Assembly: GCA_964016885.1 (NCBI GenBank)
Contig: OZ024740.1
Coordinates: 303,056,001-303,120,000 of the forward strand
Direction of reading: 5' to 3'
Length of the DNA: 64,000 bases
DNA from: Eledone cirrhosa
Lineage: Eukaryota
Below, one piece after another: positions 55,048 to 64,000 of the stretch. A program made the position numbers and the translations under genes. Within the stretch, counting starts at the first letter, position 1. Each line of letters begins with the position of its first letter. The notes under the pieces are model-generated. The model was not told the DNA's origin. It worked only from the letters and a program-made list of their open reading frames with translations, and did no database searches.

Positions 55048-56004
55048 AAGGAACTAATTCAATAATTAAATATAAATGATAACGGAAATAATGACCTTGT
55101 TCATTTAACATTAAAATATAATGTATGTACAGATAAACACACTTATATCTCGTCAGATATATACAGGTGTGCATATTCAAATATATCAAATATATCTTAA
55201 TATTTTGGCTAATAAAATATTTTTTAATGCTATTTTACTCTCTGAGAGAAAATTATTCTTTAACAGTAAGATAAATTTTATTGTTTTCTTTCAAGTTACA
55301 GAATATCAATTTTGTTTTTACAAAGTTACAATAAATTTTTTATTTTTTTACTTGATGTTAAGGATCAAATAATGATCCTAGAAATTTAATAAGAAACTCA
55401 ATGTAATATAGTGTGAAAACAATACCATTGGAACAGATCTATTTCTATGATTAACATTTTCTGTGAATGAGGAAAAACAAACTCTAGTTATGGTTTACAG
55501 ACATTCAAAATACTTTATTTTCCTGTATTACATGTATTAAAGACAGTTAAAATTGATTATAAATTATTGCTAGTAAGTAAAATACATATACAATACTTGA
55601 ATAGATTTACTTAACAAGAATAAAATGGAACACTATGGAAACTATGTTGTCACTTTTAAAAAAGATTCAATACAATATATAAATTGATATTTATTACTGT
55701 GTTAAGGAATATTCTAACAGTAGATTAGATATGGATATCATAATATTCAAGTTTAGTGCAAAGAATTTGATGTTTTGCAGAGTCAAAGTTTTCTTCAGAT
55801 CAATGAATATTCCCACCATATTGTTCTGTGTTTAGTTTTTATAACATTTTGTGTATGTCTAATAAATGTATGACTAGTAGAATAATATAAATGACATTAA
55901 AAGAATGTGAAATAAAGAGAAGAGAAGAAAATGAAAAAGAAAAAAGAAATTAAGCAATGACAGAAAGGGAAGGGGGGAGGGAGTGACAGATTCTAGACCC
56001 CTGT

Positions 56005-56420
56005 CTGAGCAGTACATTTCAGCTGTGCCCCACAGACAGCAAAGGCATTGCCAGACTGTGTGGCCAGTAACACTTGTTTCAACAGCTACCTCACCACAAG
56101 GCTCCTTCCTCAGGTGGGCTGCTCTCTTTCTGATTTTACTGAGAAAATCAGCAATTCAGGGACCAAGGACACCAGAGGTCACAATTGTGACCAGCACAAA
56201 ATGGAAGCAGTTGGTTAAGCCTTGGTATTTGGTTATCTTCTTCTCTGCATTTGCAAGCAGTAGTACATTGATTTGTCGCCTTAGGGACAGGGCTGGAGGT
56301 AGAGTTGCAGTATGTGGCATTCCAGAGTAGGGATTTACCTCTCTCTAATGGGAAAAGAATTACTGTGTCTGAGTTCTTACCATTGCCACAATTGAAGCCA
56401 GCTAGCTCCATCTGCCCACT
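56005..56420 (-). mobile_element. CRE-like non-LTR retrotransposon RLE-domain fragment
   Basis: GKNSDTVILFPLERGKSLLWNAT (~RPDGxTLxPWxxGKxLxWDAT) and TKYQGLTNCFHFVLVTIVTSGVLGP. Confidence 0.7.
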
Positions 56421-56680
56421 ACGGGAGTGTGTGAGTATACAAGATTAATTTTTATTAACCCTTTTGTATATATTTAATACTAACATCTTCCTGTGAATTG
56501 GATACAAAGTGATTATTAGCCAGTGGTTGAATTTACTCAGTCTGTCCTCTTTTCCTTTAACAGAGACTGAACCCTTTCATTACTATATTTTTAATGAAAG
56601 ACAATATCTATGATTTTCAATAATTTTGAAAATAAAGAATTTGACAGAATTTAGTAATATAATTTCTCAAAATCATTGTT

Positions 56681-57407
56681 TGCTTCTTGTTTTCATATAA
56701 CATATGTACAATGGTTAGAGAGACAAATCAAGATTGGTGAGGCACACTAAGGCATCGTTTTTAGTGTTATGGATCGCCTCCAGTCTGCCAGGAAAACATC
56801 TGAAGGGGGTAATGCTAGTCAGAGTCCCCACATTCACCTGCTGGGCTGTCTTTCATTTTCCATCGATGGAGATGATGGGCTGCCCTGGCATGTGTTGGGC
56901 AGATCCAATTAAGGGACACCTGTTGCTTTCTGTCTGGTTTAGATGTGGGGTCCTGAATGAGGTCTTGGTTAGCAACTTTTGTCTCATTCTATGATCTTTG
57001 CCACTCTTCCTTCATATCAAAGTTATTGTCTTGGAGTTTCAGAATAGTTTGCATGATTTCATGCGCACATTGGGAAGGTTTCCAGGTTTTCTTGGATGGG
57101 AAGATCAGGAGTAGACATGATAAGAAGTGCTGCCTCATGGATCACCTCCTGATGCCACATGTGAAGGAGCTGTATGAGAAAAGGTAGGCATCCACTGAGT
57201 AGGTGTAGATTTCAATGTACCAGATACTCTTCTCATTACTGAGTTGAGGATGGTGTTAACTTGCTTCGCATAGCAGCTCCCTGCTCAGACCAGGGAACAA
57301 TACTCTGCAACTGAGTATATAAATGCTAGGCATGCTGCTCAAAGTGTGTGTGAGCAACAGATCCCCAGCTGTTCCCTGCTCACTTGCAGATGATATTAAT
57401 CCTGGTT
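56681..57407 (-). mobile_element. Ingi/Vingi-like LINE 3' fragment
   Basis: AGNSWGS..LAFIYSVAEYCSLV*..VNTILNSVMRRVSGTLKSTPTQWMP, LHRWKMKDSP; candidate TSD attgtt at 56675 and 57408. Confidence 0.8.
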
Positions 57408-58249
57408 ATTGTTAAGCTGGTGTTTGGAGCATAAATTAACAGGATGGAAGGGATTCAGCTAAGTATAAACACTTTAAAGTAAACCATTAAAAAATAAAGC
57501 AGACAGTATATTTGAGAGAAAGAATAGGGTGAAGATGCTGGTGAGAAAATGGAAGGAATAACTTTTCATTGTAATATTAACACAAAGTCTATTACTTATA
57601 AACAGTATTAAGAGGTGATATGTTATGAAACATCATCACAAAGATAGGGAGATGTTAACAACATATGATTTGATATGTGGAAAAAGAGAAGGTATAAGCT
57701 GTAGAGAAGGTATAAGCTGTAGTAGAAAGAAAGATCTGTGTGTGTATTTATTTATATCTGTAAACTTCTAAACAGATGAATGTTGAGTGATGTATGTGTA
57801 TGTATGTGAAGATGTGTACATGAGTAGATTTTTCGCAGTCACAAATTCCAATACCAAATTACCATCATCATTGTTATCAACATCATCATCATTATCATCA
57901 TCATCATCATTACCATCATCATCATCATCATCAACATCATCATCAACATCATCATTCTTATATGTTTCCATGTTAGCTAGGTTGGGTGGGTCTGCATGAT
58001 ATTTCTCTGAACAGACTTAAAATTTTCTAATAATGCCTTTCTCCATCAACCTATGACATATCTTCACTCATGCTTTATCCATTCATATATTCAAATCAGT
58101 ACAGTTGTCTTTCCTGCTCACATTCATCAATATTTCTAATGAAAACTGTGTTTTTTACTTAAATTACCATACTAAATTCATTCCTTGCCAATTGGGTTTT
58201 AACTGCATTTGTTTCCCTGGAATATAATTTACAATTTGTTTGTCTTACT

Positions 58250-59250
58250 TCATACAGTCTGTATTTCATGCTGAAACAGAACACTTTTGTTGACAATAGA
58301 AGAAACATTTCTTTGAACTTCTTCAAATGTCTTTGGAGTATAGTGACTTCAGGACTTATTATATCATTTAAAGAGTAAAACCTTCCTTTTACTTCTAGTA
58401 AATTATCTGAATCATCTAATGTCTTCAGTTTATGACTGCTTCTGCAAGTTATTTCTGTCGCATTTGGTGCAGCTGAAGTTAAAATTGTTCAGTCAACTAA
58501 TTAAATGTACCTCTGCATTTTCACTGCATACATTTTCTGCAGCATTGTTAAGTTAAGTTGTAGTCTATATCCATATTCATACTGATGAAGGTCTCTTCCA
58601 CAATGCTGCCAGTACTTTAATTTTCACCAAGTAATTTTATTCTAGACTCCACTTCAAAGATTCCCTTGGGAACTATGAAGTGAAAAGATCTGAGAACAGG
58701 GCTTTATTGGATACATATTTCCATTTTTATTTATTCATATCCCATACTGATCTATTGGTACCCTTATATCTGGCATAAATCTTTTTGATATAGCCTTTGT
58801 CGTTAACTATTCTTCTCATTGCTTATCTAAATACAGAATATGAAATCCATCAAAGATCTTCTTTTGATCAATAAGTGCAAAATTTGGGGCTCGGGACTTT
58901 TCTTGCAGTTATTTCATTTGAAATAATGAGATAGAGTATCTGGATATGCACCCATGAACATTGTAACCCACTTAAACTAACTCTATTTCGCATTAACTTA
59001 AGTACTATTCTTTATAGATTGGCTCCAGCCCCTTTAATATCACCTATCTAGCACACCTTCATTATCTACGTTACAGTTGATGAATGTGCTACTAATGCCA
59101 ATTTGTTGCTGCTGAAATCTTCCTGAACAACCAGGTTAATTAAGCAAATGACAAGTAAAACTCAAGTTGATATTTATAACATCCTCACAAAATTCCCAGA
59201 TGAATCTGTTGTTGAATAAAGTAACTTTCTCTATTTCAATACTAATTTCT
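58250..59250 (-). mobile_element. Possible very old hAT transposase relic
   Basis: Only a frameshifted CHLL/INLVVQ motif resembling hAT CxxHxLNLVV; weak. Confidence 0.2.
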
Positions 59251-59483
59251 AAAGATAAACTATCTAGGTTCTTATTTATCAATATGCTTATTTAAAATCA
59301 TTCCAGTCTTTTATAAATATATAACAAAATTTTGCTCTTGGTAGTTTTTGTTTCTTTTTCTCTCAAGATAAGATATACTGATTATGATTATTATTGTATC
59401 TTCATACAATAGCTGACTGGATAATTGTTTTTCTGATTTTTTTTTGATTTTTGTCTCACTATCTCAGCCATGGTCTTCTCTCA

Positions 59484-59581
<98 letters not shown>

Positions 59582-59599
59582 ATATATATATATATATAT

Positions 59600-59757
59600 T
59601 TATGGATTTGTACCAGGCAAAAGCACAACTCATGCCCTATTCCTTGTGAGACAGTTACAGGTAAAGTACCTAGCTAAAAGCTAGCCACTCTGTCAAAAGT
59701 TTCTCCAGATCAATAAATGCCAGCATTTGTTGATCTGGAGAAACTTTTGACAGAGTG
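59600..59757 (+). mobile_element. RTE RT fragment containing an internal 35-bp inverted duplication
   Basis: GFVPGKSTTHALFLVRQLQVKYLAKS*PL, then an inverted copy, then AFVDLEK..FDRV; hairpin 59686-59757. Confidence 0.88.
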
Positions 59758-60085
59758 CAACATAACATAATCTGAACGTAACATAATCTGGTGGGCTCTT
59801 AGAAAACTATTTCATATTTTACCTTTCTTATATAAAATTATGTTGGATTTTAATTTAAAATGGAAACCTTTAAAGTAGGTAGTTTTATTTCATAGAACCA
59901 GAGCCAGTTTTGGTCAGATTGGCAACCAAAGGGTTAAATTAAATGTGTATTCTATTGTCCAAGAAATCGGTGGAGTTATCAGAAAAAAGCTGTTCAGCTT
60001 GGGCATTATGAATTTTTGATAGGCATCATTTACCTATTTGTGTAAATAGTCAGTTTAATGTATTTTAATTTTTGTTAATGGTGTG

Positions 60086-60310
60086 TCAGGAGGAAGAGTG
60101 GATGCCCATGGCCTTCATAGACCCTTCAAGACTGTAAAGATTAATACGATTGATGTTCCTTCCATTCAAACTGCTGCTAATCCACTCCACTTTGAAAGAC
60201 ATAAGCAAGTTGGGAGTGCCATATGTACAACGTTCTGGGTGGGATGAACTAGGCATAGTGGTTAATGCAGAGCTTGGGTTAAACATAACATAGGTATTGA
60301 GAATTTCATG
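60086..60310 (-). mobile_element. CR1/Jockey-group LINE 3' end
   Basis: Minus frame HYA*FIPPRTLYIW..VFQSGVD*QQF..NINRINL (~SFFPRTxxLWN..DLQxFKxNINR). Confidence 0.5.
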
Positions 60311-62112
60311 TGTTGTAATAATGATACTAACCAATAAAAAACAAAACAAAGGATTCTCCAATCTTTTCTATTCCTGCAGCTTAATATGTGGTAGAGCAAA
60401 TTCTGTGTTTCAAAACAATTTCAACTATTAGCCAATTGTTCCTCATATTCTGTTTCTTTCCTTCTTTCTCATTTCGGCTTTCTATCATTCCTTTCATCTT
60501 CCTACAACTTGTAACAACAAAACTCCACCTTTTCCTCAAACTCAGTTCTACCAGATAAATTTGTGATTATTTTCAAATGACCCTTATGTTCTAAAGAACT
60601 GAAAGGTCAAATCAATGAATTGTTTATTCAGCTGGAATAAAGATTCATATTTTACTCTCCAATTTGTATCAAGTTATTAGTTTAGGTTGTTGTTTTGTTA
60701 AAAATAATAACATTTCCATCATCATTACCATCATCATCAATAGCATAATGATCATCAACTTTATGCCCATTTTTTTCATGGTGGCATGGATTGAATGAAA
60801 CTTTTAAGGTAGATTTCTATGACTAGATAGCCATCCTGATGCCCACCTTTACTTGTTCATATATGTAACTTTTCAGTCACTGTGTTTCTGTTTGCATGGG
60901 ACCAACAAATATCCTTGTCTACATTAGCAATATCATATACAAAGTGAAAATATATATTTGTGTGCGTGTGCATGCATGTGTGTATGAGCGTGCTTGTGTG
61001 CATTTGTGTGTGTGTGTCTCTGTGTCAGTGTGAGCATGCATGTGTGTAATTTTGTGTGTGTGTCTGTGTCTGAGTGTATCATCATCAACATCATTAACAT
61101 TTAACGTCTAATTTTCCATGCTGGCATATACTTTACATCTTGAGGTTACTGAGACTCTGAGTTTTGCATTCTAGACTCGATGAAATAGGCACTAAAGGTA
61201 TAACTCAGTTAATTTAAGGAGTACATTAAATTTATAGTACTAATTACTGTACCAGTTCCTCATCATTTTGCTACAGCTGGCTTGTGTCTTGGAAGGGAAC
61301 TTTCAGGTGCAAAACCATGGTCATTCATAACTAAAAAGGCCTACGATGACAGCACCTGCCTAATGTGATTATCATTTATACTTATAAATGATTAGGTATA
61401 TTTATTTGCATAAATGAACTTGCATAAATGTGTGGTTGCAACACCAATATTACCCTATTACAAGAATAAATACATTCTAAGTAAATAAATGTTTAAACAT
61501 TGAAATATGCATTAATATATTGAAGCACCATTCTATTCTTTGGTAACATATTTCACGTACACTTTCATTAATTTAATGCCAGTGATCATCCTTTAGAATT
61601 TGTTGTTTATTAGTAGTTCTAGTCTGCCTCTGGCAAGGCATGTAACCACCTGCATAATAGACTGAAGATAACAAGACGCTTAAAACTTTTTGCCTTCTTG
61701 TCAGATATGCTTAAATCTAAAACAAGTTTAAATGTTTTAAGATGTAAATAATTTAAAAACTAAATATACTTTCTGTGTGTTTCTGTATATGCATGCATAT
61801 GCATGATGAAAGAAATTGAGAGTAAAATGTTTCTATTTTATGAAACAAATCCAAACTGAAATTATTTGACTGTTATAAATGTTATGCTTCATCAAACATA
61901 GAAATATATATGAATTGTTCAAACAATATTTTACAGTTAGATATTCTGCGTAGCACCAATTAGTTTTCCTTGAAGCAGGAATTGTAATTATTTTTCTTGT
62001 GAGGCGGATTATATAAATTCAAATACATTTATTGTCAATATTTCAAACCCTAGCCTATGAGGGTGATTGTTAGAGTTTTCAAATTTTGTATATCTTATAT
62101 GAGTATACTATA

Positions 62113-62144
<32 letters not shown>

Positions 62145-62146
62145 AA

Positions 62147-63022
62147 GTTGATGGGACTAGCATGGGTTGCATCTCTGTGTACTCAATAGGTAATGTTACG
62201 TAAAATCCCAGAGTAGACACATAGTTATTCGCTTCAATACAACACATGTAAATAGGTACCTTCAATCTATACCCGTACTGAAGTTCTGGCCACACTTAAT
62301 GCAGCAATAGAGTTCACAGCATCCACTGTCTGTATCTATTATGCACCAATGCACAATTGGTGTATGTGGCTTCATCAGCGGGTTTCGCCTAATCAATAAC
62401 CAATCGATCAACAGAATTTGATTCCAGCCTGTGCCAGTTATGACAGTGAATGTGACGGTCAATACATTAGCAACTGAAATCCCTATGCATCATCACAATG
62501 CCATCAACTGATTGGCTACTGGTTCAGAAATTTACATGACGGTAGGAGATGAAATTCAAATAGTTCCGCTCCTGCCATAAGCACTCAGCCAACATATCTC
62601 AAATACAAATTAACAAGCGAATGAAAAATTGGTTATTAGAGAAAATCAGTCTCCAATCGCTGTATAATAGAATGGTAGCATTCAATTCCAGTCTCCAAGT
62701 ACCGTAGGGAGAAATAGTGCGACAGTAACAATGGTAGTTCCTAAAACCTTTCCGAACATTAAATGCGAACAGGCAATTAGACATCAATATAGAGTTAGTG
62801 CGTTGGTTAGAATTCGAATTCAAGATATTTCGACCAACCACATGCGTAAACCTGTTAATATCACAACTTGCACAATTCAATAGGTGAGTGAGAGAGAAAG
62901 ATAGAATATGTATTAGAGCGCATATTAAACAAAACACAATAAAAAAAATTGGAAAATTGTTCAAGTTACTCTCATTGTTAATGTGCTAGTTGAGAGAAAA
63001 TAATAATAATTTAATGGGACTA
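62147..63022. mobile_element. Unclassified CpG-retaining ~865-bp insertion in a (TAA)n/(TA)n tract
   Basis: Starts and ends with (taa)n..atgggacta (62151 and 63014); visibly more CpG than the flanks; no recognisable ORF. Confidence 0.45.
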
Positions 63023-63034
63023 ATATATATATAT

Positions 63035-63089
63035 TAAACCGAGCTGATGCTTCATTAGGGTGAAACAAATTGTCCTCGGAATTAGTTTA
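63035..63089 (+). ncRNA. Minimal type I hammerhead ribozyme motif (A9 lost or substituted)
   Basis: ccgag CTGATG cttc atta gggt GAAA caaattg TC ctcgg; stem I ccgag/ctcgg; near-palindromic stem III; flanked by (TA)n. Confidence 0.6.
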
Positions 63090-63151
63090 CTAACTGTTGT
63101 AGAACTACTTATATACATGTATATATGTGTGTGTGTATGTGTGTGTATGTA

Positions 63152-63194
<43 letters not shown>

Positions 63195-63359
63195 CTCTGT
63201 GTGTATGTGTGTGCAATAAAGGGTCAAGGAAAAGCAATGCTCAATCTATTGCAAGAGACCTTATTTAGTATAAATAAAGTTTTATACACTTAACATGTAT
63301 GCGCAATCTTAGGTTTTGGGGTTCAATTTTGAAGAGTTACTATATGGATTATTAGTTTG

Positions 63360-64000
63360 ACTCTTACCTCTTCTGATGCTTTTAGCCTCTCAGCAACTAT
63401 TTCTGATGCTCTCACAGTTTTATCTCCTTGATTGTGTCTTTGGCTCTAAAACTATCAACTTCAATAGGTGGTCTTTCCTTTGGATAAGTTGGGGGTAGTT
63501 TCTCTTCCTCCCATTCATTCTCTACATTCATCAATCTCTCAGTCACATTTCCAGGCCTCTTTCTTTGAAACATCAGTGGTGTTAAGTGCCTTGCAATATG
63601 GAACACTTCATGTCTCTGATCCTCACATCTCAAGACATTGGCAAATTTACTTTCTTCAGCCTCTCTCTGAGCTGTGTATACCTGTCACCTAGCTTTTTTC
63701 TTAGCTACTTGGTACCGGTCTCTGCTACCCTCATTTTTCCAGTCTGTCCATGCCTGTCTCTTGGCGTTAGTGGCTGTATGCTTGTGCTGTTCCACCACCA
63801 GGTCACCCTCTGTCCAGCTGGGGCTTTACTCCAGCCACAAGTCTCACCAGTAGTTCACAAAAGGTTGTCGTATAAAAATTTCTAGTTGCCCTCTACTTTA
63901 TATGTATCTAGTTCGTCATCCCTCTCATCAAGTGCAACCTGTAGGGCCTTTCTAAACTGATATTTAACCAAGAGGTCCTTTAGCTTCCACACCTTCCATC
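63360..64000 (-). mobile_element. RTE-clade LINE fragment (region upstream of RT), runs off the window
   Basis: Minus strand EDQRHEVFHIAR..ERLMNVENEWEEE..PPIEVD..KDTIKEIK, and WWNS motif; stops present. Confidence 0.75.

Noticed and set aside
62599-62964. 121-aa minus-strand ORF with a hydrophobic N-terminus
   Set aside because: Non-ATG start, no recognisable domain, and it lies within a probable repeat element

Overview
Very AT-rich, microsatellite-dense eukaryotic DNA. The SINE and RTE families present suggest a cephalopod (Octopus-like) genome; this is an inference. There is no long host CDS, and almost all listed ORFs are translations of (TA)n/(CA)n/(TACA)n repeats or decayed transposons. 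The window looks like intronic sequence of a large + strand gene with several candidate micro-exons (36, 21 and 30 nt). It contains many tRNA-derived SINEs, decayed RTE, R4/Dong, CRE, Ingi/Vingi and CR1-group LINEs, a Tc1/mariner relic and several MITEs. Four signals stand out. (1) Short elements, mostly embedded in (TA)n tracts, carry type I hammerhead-ribozyme motifs with unusually long stem II (best copy 43480-43619). (2) One SINE family inserts repeatedly into its own ATTATT-starting target-site duplication, building tandem stacks. (3) Several near-perfect foldback hairpins are present, at least one attributable to template switching. (4) The candidate micro-exons are frame-preserving. All calls were made by eye; no searches or folding programs were run.
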